A DNA stretch of 64,000 nucleotides from Bythopirellula sp. Its GTDB lineage: Bacteria; Planctomycetota; Planctomycetia; Pirellulales; Lacipirellulaceae. Positions 15,531-26,004 of the stretch are shown in pieces. The notes under the pieces were generated by a model. That model did no database searches and had not been told where the DNA came from. It was given only the letters and a program-made list of their open reading frames with translations. The position numbers and the translations under genes are program-made. Position 1 is the stretch's first letter; every line of letters begins with the position of its first letter. The stretch covers positions 3,200,001-3,264,000 of the forward strand of contig OZ244170.1 in NCBI GenBank assembly GCA_965216565.1, written 5' to 3'.

Positions 15531-17042
15531 TTAAGAAAGTCGAAAACGCAAGCCGCTAAGCCAGGGTAATACAACGCAACCGAGCATTAATGCAGCTGTG
15601 GGTTCTGGTATCGCGGTTGTAGCTGCAACGAGCGGAGTGGCGTCGTAGCCGAATTGCTGCTGCCAGATCAGGAAATCGAGCCCATTGCTCAGTCCATCAC
15701 CATTGGCATCAGACAGTCCGTTAATACCATAGTCGCCTTCCCATTGGGCGAGATCGGCAGTATCGACATCAAGATCGGAGTCGAAGTCAGCTTCGAAGCT
15801 TGCGGGAGTGTAGAGGACAACATCGTTGCCGTCGCCGCCTTGGTAATTAACCAATAGCGGAATACCGCCCAGCACGGCGACCACGCTATCCTGCGGCTTA
15901 CCAGCGAAACTCCCCGTTAGTGTGCCACCTACGTTAATGATTTCGAACTCTTGCTGGAGCGACAATGTGAATCCGGCCGTCAGCTGTACACTAACGCTGC
16001 CCGCAAGCAGCACGTCGCCCGTGACATCAACCCAATCGAAAGAGGTCAAGCTCTTATTACCTCCCCCGTTTGACAAACCACCAAGCTGGATTTGCAGTTC
16101 GGCAATGCTCTTTTGGTCCCACAAATCATTGATCGTGTAGACTCCTGTGTCATCTGTGGGACTGAATGCATCGGGAGCAAGAACTCCAAAATCAGTCAGG
16201 TTGATGTCTTGCGACCCAGAACCGGTTACAGTGCCGAGGTTGGTTAACCGGTCAATAATGGCGCCCGGCTGTTCAACGATCGAAGCGTGATTGTTGAGAA
16301 GACCTCCTTGTTCGGTCGTGAAGAGATCAGTGGAGATGATTCCCCCCGACTCAAGGTTGGCCGTCCCACCAAAATTGACTTGCACGTCGCCAAATGCTCC
16401 CGTTACGTTCAGTGCTGCGTTGTTCCTGACATTCAACGTACTGACGCTTCCAGCGTTCGGATCACCCACGGTAACTCCTGCCTGGGCGATCAACTCGGAA
16501 GAGCTGCCGTCGATTGTCAGAGTTCCGTTAGACCCGCCTGCCTGACCCACAGAGACTCGCCCGACACTATCGACGGTACCCGCCGAATTGATTTCAAGCA
16601 TTCCGGTGCCTGCGAGTCCAATTGCCGTTGGTGTTCCTAAAATGCTCCAAGTTGCGCCGCTGACAGTTGCAGAACCAGTCGCACCAGACTGATTGCCAAG
16701 AATGGTGTCGCGGGTGGTGAGTGTTCCACCATTCTCCACTCGCAAGGAGGCCGTACCTGTGTCGCCGATAATACTGGCCAACGACTCCGCCACAACTCCC
16801 GCACCAACGACCGGCTGCCCCGAATCGATCGTAACGTTCTCGTTCAGGTCCGGAACAACGTCGGGCGTCCAATTTGCCGGCACGTCCCAATCTCCACCGA
16901 CGCTCCCATCCCAAGTCGATTGGGCATATGAGGGAGAAGCTGGGGCTGAGATCATCCAAACCAATAGGATGGGGATAACAGCGAGGGCAGGCGTGCTGGG
17001 CAATAGTCTCTGTTCGATCATGGTGTCACTCTCAACGATCAA
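15531..17042 (-). CDS. PEP-CTERM surface protein with autotransporter-like/T5SS-associated repeats; probable start ATG 17021
   Basis: Signal-like N-terminus; 'W..G..GDW..PANW' motif; Gly-rich repeats 'GTASLRVENGG', 'GTGMLEINSAG'; 'YQGGDGNDVVL'; paired EF-hand-like module; C-terminal 'IPEPTAALMLG...RFR'. Confidence 0.85.
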   Translation of the reverse strand: MIVESDTMIEQRLLPSTPALAVIPILLVWMISAPASPSYAQSTWDGSVGGDWDVPANWTPDVVPDLNENVTIDSGQPVVGAGVVAESLASIIGDTGTASLRVENGGTLTTRDTILGNQSGATGSATVSGATWSILGTPTAIGLAGTGMLEINSAGTVDSVGRVSVGQAGGSNGTLTIDGSSSELIAQAGVTVGDPNAGSVSTLNVRNNAALNVTGAFGDVQVNFGGTANLESGGIISTDLFTTEQGGLLNNHASIVEQPGAIIDRLTNLGTVTGSGSQDINLTDFGVLAPDAFSPTDDTGVYTINDLWDQKSIAELQIQLGGLSNGGGNKSLTSFDWVDVTGDVLLAGSVSVQLTAGFTLSLQQEFEIINVGGTLTGSFAGKPQDSVVAVLGGIPLLVNYQGGDGNDVVLYTPASFEADFDSDLDVDTADLAQWEGDYGINGLSDANGDGLSNGLDFLIWQQQFGYDATPLVAATTAIPEPTAALMLGCVVLPWLSGLRFRLS

Positions 17043-17286
17043 TCGGCCTGTCGGCCTCTTAGTGCAAAACGACTTACGGCAACGAGACTGCTTATATTGC
17101 CCTATCTACACTGCTCATCCAAGCTTTTTCTTTCGAAATCTCCTGCCATAGCGTTATGTGATTAACAACGGCCTCAGGCACTTAGCCACAAATGCAATTC
17201 TTATATGCATTTACATCAACCATACATCTCGAATTCTCATATTCGTCGGGGAACGCACAGATCAAATGCGAATAAGCAAATAGCCC

Positions 17287-17307
17287 ATTTTAACAAAATG
17301 TTAAAAT
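17287..17307. promoter_or_regulatory. Perfect AT-rich palindrome in a divergent intergenic region
   Basis: ATTTTAACA-AAA-TGTTAAAAT. Confidence 0.4.
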
Positions 17308-17598
17308 CTGATAAAAACTCTGTTTGAGAAGAATAAGTAGTTTATTCGTGACCCAGAATTTGTTATGACAACTGCTAAAAATAGGCTGCAACTTGTCAGC
17401 TTACCTCTATTTCGCCAGTAGTTCGTCAAGCAAGTACTTTACGCAGGTCAACAAATCGACCGAATTTCAAAAAGCCTGGCAGGTTGTTGGCGTCAAGAAG
17501 CAAGTCGGTACTCGAGTAGAGGAGAGATTAGCAGGAAGACAGCTCACTTTCAGGATACGTCCAGCTGCAGAACTACCATTCAGGGGAGATAGGACACG

Positions 17599-19347
17599 AT
17601 GAAATTTGGAAAACACTTCTCTAGCCGATCCACAAAGAATCAACCCTTGGCACGCACCGCACTTGGGCGCCGCGCTCGAATGGAGACGTTAGAGGCACGG
17701 CGTGTGTTAACTAGCTACTTCATCGATGGAAATCACGAGTCAATTCAAGATGCAATTGATGATGCCGCCAACGACGGCAAAGAAGACACCATCTTCTTGA
17801 TGAGTGATACTTACTTCCAGAACATTCATATCCAAGATAACGATCCGCTCAAGATCATCGGTTTAGGGAACGTTGTATTAAGACCCGGCAACGGAAGTAA
17901 TGGCGACACCAGTACCATCACCGCTGGCAGCGACGACATACTATCAATCTACAACAGCGATCATGTCACACTTAAGAACTTGAAGTTCAAATACGCAGTT
18001 GACGATGCGATCGACGTCCAGGACACGTATAAGATTTCGCTCTACGACATTAGAGCCGAAGACAGCAATGATGATGGTCTCGATGCAGAGAATGTAGACT
18101 ACGTCAAAATTTACGACAGCAAGTTCAATTACAATGACGACAACGGAATTGAACTAATCAATGTTGGTTATGCTTACCTAAAAGACGTCCAAGCCAAACA
18201 CAATGGCGATTCAAATGACGATTCGGAAGTTGACCAAGTTCTTGAGGGAAGTGAAGAATCTAATGATGGCAATGGTATCTACTACGTAAACGGCGGTAGT
18301 AGTGAGCCACAAGAGGCAATTGTCAGCGCATTCTCAAACGGCTCCCCAGACGGCCACTTGGAGATCTACAGTGGCGATTACTCCAAGAATTACCGCGATG
18401 GAATTCACACTGATGGTGTGAAAACGGTTGAAATCGACACGATCTACGCAAACGATAACGGCCGAGATGGCGTCGATGTGGAAGATTATTCTCAAGACGC
18501 TGAAGAGCTTACCATCCACTACGCTGCCACAGATTCTAATGGCGACGACGGTGTTGAGTCGGACGCCGACGATGTTTCGATCACAACATTCCGCGCTTTG
18601 CATAATGATGGAGCGGGGCTGGATCTTGACTCAGGCTACGAAGCCTATATCCACAACGCCGACTTCTCACACAACGGTGGTGCTGGGCTCGATATTGATT
18701 ATGTCGAAGAAGTTGACATCGACTATATTCAGGCGAACTATAACGGCACGGACACGAACAACACCGGCTTGGACGTAGACTATGTCGACGAATTGGACAT
18801 CCACAATAGCCAATTCATTGGCAACTATGGCGACGGCATCAATGTCTACATGAATGAGTACGGTGAGACGGACATCACCTGGGTCGACTCTTCATACAAT
18901 ACCGGCGATGGAATTCACCTGCGGTATGGCTCATCCGATCTGGACGGAGTCAACACCTCCAACAATGAACAGAATGGAATCTACAGCTACAACCTGTATG
19001 ATCTCGACATTCACAATACGAGTTCTACGTACAACGATTACAACGGCCTGTTGATCGAGGGTAGCAGCAGCAACGGCCAAGATCCCGAAGGAAGCAATGG
19101 CAACGGGCACGGCTCCTTCTACGGGACAGATGTTCGCATCGAGTGGAGCGAGTTTGTCCACAACTACGAAGACGGCATCCATGCAGACCACGCGGGCAAG
19201 ATCGTACTAGATCGCATCCGCTCTTCTTACAACGGCGACGATGGTTTTGACTCCATCAATCCCGAGATTCCTGCCCATGTAATCGATTCGATTTTTGAAC
19301 ATAACTACGATGAGGATTTCAACGAAGACTTTTTCTACGGAACTTAA
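17599..19347 (+). CDS. Secreted right-handed parallel beta-helix repeat protein (paralog 1)
   Basis: Basic N-terminus with 'RMETLEARRVL' planctomycete export motif; 'SIQDAIDDA' cap; ~22-aa 'N..DGI.' repeats. GGGGAG RBS. Confidence 0.85.
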   Translation: MKFGKHFSSRSTKNQPLARTALGRRARMETLEARRVLTSYFIDGNHESIQDAIDDAANDGKEDTIFLMSDTYFQNIHIQDNDPLKIIGLGNVVLRPGNGSNGDTSTITAGSDDILSIYNSDHVTLKNLKFKYAVDDAIDVQDTYKISLYDIRAEDSNDDGLDAENVDYVKIYDSKFNYNDDNGIELINVGYAYLKDVQAKHNGDSNDDSEVDQVLEGSEESNDGNGIYYVNGGSSEPQEAIVSAFSNGSPDGHLEIYSGDYSKNYRDGIHTDGVKTVEIDTIYANDNGRDGVDVEDYSQDAEELTIHYAATDSNGDDGVESDADDVSITTFRALHNDGAGLDLDSGYEAYIHNADFSHNGGAGLDIDYVEEVDIDYIQANYNGTDTNNTGLDVDYVDELDIHNSQFIGNYGDGINVYMNEYGETDITWVDSSYNTGDGIHLRYGSSDLDGVNTSNNEQNGIYSYNLYDLDIHNTSSTYNDYNGLLIEGSSSNGQDPEGSNGNGHGSFYGTDVRIEWSEFVHNYEDGIHADHAGKIVLDRIRSSYNGDDGFDSINPEIPAHVIDSIFEHNYDEDFNEDFFYGT

Positions 19348-19434
19348 TCCTAAGTTCATCGCACTATGGGCTGGGTAGCCAACACTGCCTTGCTACAAAC
19401 TGGACTCTTTAATAACAACTGTGGGGAGATCATC

Positions 19435-21057
19435 ATGAAGTTCCAGAATCCTTTCAACAAGCAAAACCATCGCAGGAATCGACAGGCGAACCGCCCCGTC
19501 AGCGGACGGCGCACTCGAATGGAGACTCTTGAAGATCGTCGTGTGCTGGCCAACTACTTTGTGTTTGGCAATGGGGACTCGATTCAAGATGCAGTCAACG
19601 ACGCTGCAAATGACGGCGTGGACGATTACATTTTCTTAAAGAGTGATACTTATTACCAAGATATTAACATCAACGACAGCGATTCACTAACGATCGTCGG
19701 CTTAGGCAATGTTGTTTTGCGTCCCGGCAACAATGAGACAATGACGATCAACAACAGTGAGGATGTCACTCTTAAGAACCTCACCTTCAGAGACTCTGAT
19801 GGTGACGATGCACTTCTCGTCAATAACACGTACCGTCTTACGTTATATGATGTCCAAATCTTTGACAGCGACTTCGATGGCCTAGAAGCAAATAGTGTCA
19901 ACACCATCGATATCCACAACAGCCGTTTCAACAGGAACGGCGACAATGGCATCGAGCTGAATAATGTTGGCAATGTCTATCTTCGCGACGTTCAGGCCAG
20001 CTATAACGGCTTCAACAACGACGAAGACGGCCGCAACAATGGGGTTGCCTACATCAATGGGAGGGGCTCTGAATCCCAAAGCAACGGCTTCGGAACTTAT
20101 GCTGGTCATCTGGAAATCTACAGTGGAGATTACTCCAAGAACGGCACTGATGGCATCTATACCGAAGGCGTGGAGAAAGTAGATATCGATACGATTTACG
20201 CTAACGATAATTACGAAGATGGCGTCGACGTGGAAGATAGCTCTTACAACTATGCCGAAGAGCTAACAATTCATTACGCCGCTACCGATGCCAATGGTGA
20301 TGATGGCGTGGAATCAAATGCTGACTACGTTTCCATCGATAACTTCCGAGCATTGCACAATGACGAAGCTGGGTTGGACTTAGATGGCGGGGAAGAGGCT
20401 TACATTCATAACGCCGACTTCTCATACAATGGCGGTGCAGGACTCGACATCGACTATGTAGAAGTCGTTGAAATCGATTACATCCAGGCCATCGCAAATG
20501 GTGCCAACACCGAAAACACAGGCCTGGACGTCGACTATGTTGATGATTTGAAGATCAACGATAGCCAGTTCATTGCCAACTACGGCGATGGAATAGACGT
20601 CTACATGAACGATTACGGCGAAACTGAGATTTCTTGGGTCGATTCCTCCTACAACACTGGCAATGGAATCGATCTGCGTTATGGATCAGCTACATTGGAT
20701 GGCGTTAATACTTCCCATAATGAACGTAACGGTATTCGTTCCTATTACTTGCGAGACCTTTCGGTCAATAATACAAGTTCCACCTACAACAGCTACAATG
20801 GGTTGCTGATCGAAGGCGGAAACGGCAATGGTTCCGATTACCGTACCGATGCTAATATTTCTTGGAGCGAGTTCGCCTTGAACTATGAAGACGGTATCCA
20901 TGCGGATTACGCTGGCGAAATTATCCTGGACCGCGTCAGCGCTACGTATAACGGCGACGACGGCTTCCAGTCCTTTAACCCTGACGAGTCCGCAGAAGTG
21001 ATTGATTCGATCTTCGAGAATAACTTTGATGAAGATTTCGAAGAGATCTTTTTCTAG
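19435..21057 (+). CDS. Secreted right-handed parallel beta-helix repeat protein (paralog 2)
   Basis: 'RMETLEDRRVL' motif and the same architecture as the upstream gene, with long near-identical blocks. GGGGAG RBS at 19423-19428 supports ATG 19435. Confidence 0.85.
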   Translation: MKFQNPFNKQNHRRNRQANRPVSGRRTRMETLEDRRVLANYFVFGNGDSIQDAVNDAANDGVDDYIFLKSDTYYQDININDSDSLTIVGLGNVVLRPGNNETMTINNSEDVTLKNLTFRDSDGDDALLVNNTYRLTLYDVQIFDSDFDGLEANSVNTIDIHNSRFNRNGDNGIELNNVGNVYLRDVQASYNGFNNDEDGRNNGVAYINGRGSESQSNGFGTYAGHLEIYSGDYSKNGTDGIYTEGVEKVDIDTIYANDNYEDGVDVEDSSYNYAEELTIHYAATDANGDDGVESNADYVSIDNFRALHNDEAGLDLDGGEEAYIHNADFSYNGGAGLDIDYVEVVEIDYIQAIANGANTENTGLDVDYVDDLKINDSQFIANYGDGIDVYMNDYGETEISWVDSSYNTGNGIDLRYGSATLDGVNTSHNERNGIRSYYLRDLSVNNTSSTYNSYNGLLIEGGNGNGSDYRTDANISWSEFALNYEDGIHADYAGEIILDRVSATYNGDDGFQSFNPDESAEVIDSIFENNFDEDFEEIFF

Positions 21058-21083
21058 GCCGATTCGACACTCTTAAACTGAAT

Positions 21084-21120
21084 AAAGTAGGGCAGGCACC
21101 TTCACCTGCCCTACTTTTTT
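21084..21120. terminator. Rho-independent terminator, probably bidirectional
   Basis: AAAGTAGGGCAGG-caccttca-CCTGCCCTACTTT followed by a T-run, between convergent genes. Confidence 0.85.
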
Positions 21121-21133
21121 CTGCGCCCACTTA

Positions 21134-24118
21134 CTAGATTGACCGATCGCCAAGTCCACATGCCCGATGCAGTAGCTCTGCCGGGTGGAGTGCTTCGCGT
21201 CCCGTGGCATGCTTAATCTGCTGTCGACAGCTCACACCTGCCGCTACGATAGTGGTCTCAGAAGAAGCTTCACGTACAGCAGGTAGCAATCGACGTTCGC
21301 CCATGGCGAGCGAGACATCGTAGTGCTCTGCCTCGTACCCAAACGAGCCGGCCATGCCACAACATCCCGAATCGACTTCGGAGACTTCTTGACCTGCCAA
21401 TCCAAGAGTCTGTTTACTCGGTTCCGTGCCGACCAGTGCCTTTTGATGGCAATGGCCATGGAGAAGAATCTTGTCAGCTTGCTGGGGGAAATTCAAACCG
21501 AGCGAGTCTTCTTCCGAAAGCTTAGCAATGAACTCTTCGAAGGTGAATGAGTTCTCCTCGATCGCTTTCGTGCGCGGGTCATCAGGTAGCAATGAATTGA
21601 TTTCGTCTCGTAATGTCAGCAAACAACTCGGCTCGAGTCCCACGATGGGGATTCCCTGCTCTGCGTAAGGCGAGAGTTTCTCCACGCAATCGAGAACTGC
21701 AGCGCGCGCTTGATCTACGAGCCCCTTTGAGATCATCGGCCTGCCACAGCAACGGTGGCCGGGCAGAATGACCTCAAACCCGGCAGCTTCCATTAGTTCT
21801 GTGGCAGCAATGCTGACATGCGGATAGTTGTAGGTGTTCCACGTGTCGTTGAACAGCACCACTTTCCGCTTGCCAGCAGACTTGGGGCTTCGTCTCTTGA
21901 ACCAACTAGTAAATGGTTCTTCGGCGAACTGTGGCAATTGCCGTTGAGATGTGATTCCTAGCCAACGCTCCATTAGAGCGCGAATCCAACCTGTGCGTAA
22001 CACAGCGTTGGCCATCGGTGCCAGTAGACCACTTGTCCAGCGGCTAGCACGAGCCACATCGGCCATCATTCGCGACCGCAAAGGAATCGAATTCTTTTCA
22101 TAATAGCGGGCTAGAAACTCAAACTTAATCTTAGCCATGTCCACAGACGAAGGGCACTCGCTCTTACACGCCTTGCATTCGATACAAAGATCCATCGCTT
22201 CGTACATGCGGGGTTCGGTCAACGATTCGTGTGGCAAACTGCCCGACAGTGCAGCTCGCAATAGATTTGCACGACCACGCGTGCTGTGCTCCTCTTCCTT
22301 TGTGACCATATAGCTCGGGCACATCGTGCCTCCGGTCGTCTTGCGGCAAATTCCCGCTCCGTTGCACATTTCAATCGCCCGATGAAAGCCCTGATCGCCA
22401 GAAAAGTCGATCCGCTCCGGCGCTGCCGGGACGCGATAATCGGCACCAAATCGCAAATGCTCAGTCATTGGCGGTGCATCGACCACATTGCCCGGGTTGA
22501 ACAGATTATTTGGGTCGAAAGTCTGCTTCACTTGTTGGTAAAGGCCGTAGAGATCTGGTCCAAAGAACCTTTCGTTCTGCCAACTACGGGAGCGCCCGTC
22601 TCCATGCTCACTCGACCAGACTCCGCCATAGCCATGCAGTAGCTCGATAGCAAAACTCGAAATATCTGGCAGTTTGGCTACCTCTTCGGCACTCTTGGTA
22701 TTGAGCATAGGCCGAATGTGAATGCACCCAGCGCTGGCATGAGCATAATAAGCAACTTTGCTACCTAGATCGTTGCAATACTTCTCGATGCTCGTCACAT
22801 AGTCGGCTAAATGCTCAACTGGCACTGCAGAATCTTCGATAAACGGGATTGGCTTGTGATCGCCTCGTACGCTCATCATCAAGCCTAGTCCGGCTTTGCG
22901 CACTGCCCAGATGTTGCTTTGTAGTTCCGGCGTCAGGGCTTCCACAACGGTTGTGGCTGGCACTCCCTGTTGTTTCAAATGCTGCCTTAGACCGTCAATC
23001 TTGTGAGGCAATTCGCTCTCGCTCTCACCGTAGAATTCAGTGAAGAGAACACAATTGGGATCGCCTTCGACAAATGTATCTAGGAGCCTGGCGAACTGCG
23101 GGACATCTCGGCAGAATGTGATTCCCACACGATCGAACAATTCAATGGCCGAAGGGTTTGTTTCCAGAATAGTCGGCACCGCGGAGAGTGCCTCGTAGAT
23201 GTCGTTAAAGTGGACGACTGCGAGTCCTGTATGTTTGGGTACGTCGACGAGGCCAAGCTTTAGCTCTTGCATCGTAGCCAGGGTACCTTCGCTACCGCAC
23301 AGCAGCTTAGACAAGTTAAAACTCGGATCTGGCTCGCTCCTAAAATTGATCCCTTCAACTACCAGGCGATCAAGATTGTATCCTCCGCATCGGCGCCAGT
23401 GTTTGGGCGTGGTGTTTCGAATCGTTTCTCGGTTCGATTCGTCTGAGATTAGTCTGTGAATATCTCGGTAGATCTTACCTTCCAAGCTATCAAGTTGGAC
23501 CTTGCTAGTAATAGTGTTCTCTTCAACCGGGCCAAAATCTACAGTGCTCCCGTCACTTAATAGGGCTTTCACCTCCAGCACGTGATCAGCTGTCATGCCA
23601 TACATGATGGAATGGCTACCCGTTGCATTGTTGGCAACAATTCCACCCATCGCGGCGCGATTGCTGCTAGCCGGGTCTGGGCCGAACTGCAATCCTTGGG
23701 GCTGCAGTTGCATGTTCAACCGGTCGAGTACCACGCCCGGCTGCACGCGGGCCCACTTCTCTTCTGCGTTCACTTCCAAGACTTGATCAAGGTAGCGGGT
23801 GAAATCAATCACTACCGCCTCGTTGACCGTTTGCCCAGCCAGACTACTGCCGGCAGCTCTAGGCAAGATCGGCACCTGGTGCTTGGCCGCCAGTTCAATG
23901 GCCGCGTGCAACTCCTCGGCATGTTTGGGAAGCACCACGGCAAAAGGCGTCATCTGATAGATGCTGGCATCGGTACTATAAAGAACCCGACTGAAATTGT
24001 CGGAGCGAATATCTCCGCCAGTGCGTTTTGAGAGCTCAGACAGATACTCTTCCACGGCCGGCGGCAAGGGGCCGCAATTCTTGGTGCTCACCTCGGCTGA
24101 ACTAGCTGTCATCCACAA
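21134..24118 (-). CDS. FAD-binding and (Fe-S)-binding oxidoreductase (YdiJ/D-2-hydroxyacid dehydrogenase-like)
   Basis: 'YSTDASIY', 'GSSLAGQ', 'GPDPAS', 'SEHGDG', Cys clusters 'CNGAGIC...MCPSY' and 'CIECKACKSECP', CCG domains 'CCGRP' and 'HGHCHQ...CCGMAGSFG'. Confidence 0.92.
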   Translation of the reverse strand: MWMTASSAEVSTKNCGPLPPAVEEYLSELSKRTGGDIRSDNFSRVLYSTDASIYQMTPFAVVLPKHAEELHAAIELAAKHQVPILPRAAGSSLAGQTVNEAVVIDFTRYLDQVLEVNAEEKWARVQPGVVLDRLNMQLQPQGLQFGPDPASSNRAAMGGIVANNATGSHSIMYGMTADHVLEVKALLSDGSTVDFGPVEENTITSKVQLDSLEGKIYRDIHRLISDESNRETIRNTTPKHWRRCGGYNLDRLVVEGINFRSEPDPSFNLSKLLCGSEGTLATMQELKLGLVDVPKHTGLAVVHFNDIYEALSAVPTILETNPSAIELFDRVGITFCRDVPQFARLLDTFVEGDPNCVLFTEFYGESESELPHKIDGLRQHLKQQGVPATTVVEALTPELQSNIWAVRKAGLGLMMSVRGDHKPIPFIEDSAVPVEHLADYVTSIEKYCNDLGSKVAYYAHASAGCIHIRPMLNTKSAEEVAKLPDISSFAIELLHGYGGVWSSEHGDGRSRSWQNERFFGPDLYGLYQQVKQTFDPNNLFNPGNVVDAPPMTEHLRFGADYRVPAAPERIDFSGDQGFHRAIEMCNGAGICRKTTGGTMCPSYMVTKEEEHSTRGRANLLRAALSGSLPHESLTEPRMYEAMDLCIECKACKSECPSSVDMAKIKFEFLARYYEKNSIPLRSRMMADVARASRWTSGLLAPMANAVLRTGWIRALMERWLGITSQRQLPQFAEEPFTSWFKRRSPKSAGKRKVVLFNDTWNTYNYPHVSIAATELMEAAGFEVILPGHRCCGRPMISKGLVDQARAAVLDCVEKLSPYAEQGIPIVGLEPSCLLTLRDEINSLLPDDPRTKAIEENSFTFEEFIAKLSEEDSLGLNFPQQADKILLHGHCHQKALVGTEPSKQTLGLAGQEVSEVDSGCCGMAGSFGYEAEHYDVSLAMGERRLLPAVREASSETTIVAAGVSCRQQIKHATGREALHPAELLHRACGLGDRSI

Positions 24119-24511
24119 TTATCCTATTTGAGATCGATATCAGACCGCTACTACGACCAGCCCATTCGTGCATCATAGATCGCGTGGCAAGGCCAATCAA
24201 CTAAGCTTTAAGTCTATTCTTCTTACTGAACCTCTGTGTAGAAACTGTGTCCTAGGCAAACAGAATCTTCGCTTATTCCATCTCAACCGCTGTCTAGAAT
24301 TCGTGTGAACCAAATCACGCAATATCAAGAACTTTCTCCGCAAAAGGAAGATTTCCTAGTGAAAGCTCGCTAGAACGAGGGAACAGACTCATCTAGGCGA
24401 GCGTGATAGAATGCTGGGCTACAGTTTCCCGGTAACCGACCACGTTAGACGCAGGTTCGCTCTAAAACAGCTTCGGGAAGACTGAGAGTTCGCGAACAGG
24501 GAAGCCCAAAC

Positions 24512-26002
24512 ATGTCGTCAGCAAACTCAACCCCATCGAACGAGAAATCCTGGTGGCGGCGTCCAGCCGGTGGCCGCGAGGTGATGATCGTTGCGCTGCC
24601 GTTGGTGGTTTCCAGCTTGTCATGGACAGTGATGACGTTTGTCGATCGCATGTTTCTCAATTCCATTTCGGGAGACTCGATGGCGGCAAGCTTCACCGGC
24701 TCGGTCGTTTGGTTTGCGCTTATTTGCTTGCCGTTGGGCGTCTGTACTTACGCCGGTACGTTCGTCTCCCAGTATTTTGGCGACCATCAGTACGACCGCA
24801 TCGGCCCCTCGATGTGGCAAAGCGTGTGGGTAGCGATTCTCTTTACACCTTTGGTGCTCCTGTGCATCCCGCTGGCGCCAATGATTTTTGGCTTTGCCGA
24901 CCACTCACCTGAGGTGACCGAAAAGGAAATCAAGTACTTTCAGATTCTCTGCACCTGTGGGCCAGCTCTGCTGATCGCATCGGGATTTTCGACGATGTAC
25001 GGAGGTCGTGGAGAAACCTGGGTGGTGATGATCGTCGACGCGCTGGCGTCGATCGTGAATCTGGTACTCGATTACTTGTGGATATTTGGATATGCCGGTT
25101 TCCCAGCTGGAGGGATTGTTGGAGCAGGATGGGCGACCGTCACAGCCATGTGGCTCAAAGTAATCATTTACGTCGTCCTCATTCTGCAACGCAAGCATCG
25201 TGAGCAGTTCAACACCCTAAGCTATCAACTAGATCGTAAGCTCTTTGGTCGGCTCATCTATTTTGGCGGGCCCAGCGGAATCCAAATGCTACTGGATGTT
25301 TCTGGCTTTACCATCTTCATCGTGCTCGTGGGCAAGCTCGGTTCGATGGAGCAAGAAGCGATGTCGATGGCTTTTAGCGTGAATACCGTGGCTTTCATGC
25401 CGATCTTTGGTATGGGAATGGCCGCGGCGATTCTGGTGGGGCAACACCTGGGGGAAAATCGCGACGATCTGGCCGCCCGTGCCACCCGAACTTCGTTGGA
25501 AGTATCGCTGGTATACATAGGTTTCATCTCTGCATTATATGCATTCACACCCAATCTATTTCTCGCCGGCTTCTTCACGGACGAAGGACCGATGACTGCA
25601 GACAAGTCGGCACTTTATCAAATGGCCGTGAACTTGATGCTCTTCGTAGCAGCTTATAGCTTGCTTGACGCGGTGCAAATGATTTACGTTTCCGCGCTTA
25701 AGGGCGCCGGCGACACGCAGTTTGTGTTGCGAACAAGTCTCGTTCTCGCAACGGTGTTTGCGATTTGCACCTGGTTAGCAGTAGAAGTTTGGAAGCTGAA
25801 CGTCTACGGCTGCTGGGCGATAGTCACTTCCTGGATTTGCCTGATGGGAGTTGTCTATTTACTCAGGTATCTGACTGGCAAATGGCGCGCTATGCGGGTA
25901 ATCGAACAAAAGCACACTGGTGTAGTGGAGGACAGTGCTCTATCAAACATTGGAATGGACGAACCGACCGCCGTCCCCGCCACCGTAAGTCCAGACGCGT
26001 AA
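24512..26002 (+). CDS. MATE family efflux transporter
   Basis: About 12 hydrophobic segments; 'FVDRMF', 'NLVLDYLWIFG...G..GAGWAT', 'VGQHLG', 'LKGAGDT'. Confidence 0.92.
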   Translation: MSSANSTPSNEKSWWRRPAGGREVMIVALPLVVSSLSWTVMTFVDRMFLNSISGDSMAASFTGSVVWFALICLPLGVCTYAGTFVSQYFGDHQYDRIGPSMWQSVWVAILFTPLVLLCIPLAPMIFGFADHSPEVTEKEIKYFQILCTCGPALLIASGFSTMYGGRGETWVVMIVDALASIVNLVLDYLWIFGYAGFPAGGIVGAGWATVTAMWLKVIIYVVLILQRKHREQFNTLSYQLDRKLFGRLIYFGGPSGIQMLLDVSGFTIFIVLVGKLGSMEQEAMSMAFSVNTVAFMPIFGMGMAAAILVGQHLGENRDDLAARATRTSLEVSLVYIGFISALYAFTPNLFLAGFFTDEGPMTADKSALYQMAVNLMLFVAAYSLLDAVQMIYVSALKGAGDTQFVLRTSLVLATVFAICTWLAVEVWKLNVYGCWAIVTSWICLMGVVYLLRYLTGKWRAMRVIEQKHTGVVEDSALSNIGMDEPTAVPATVSPDA

Positions 26003-26004
26003 CC

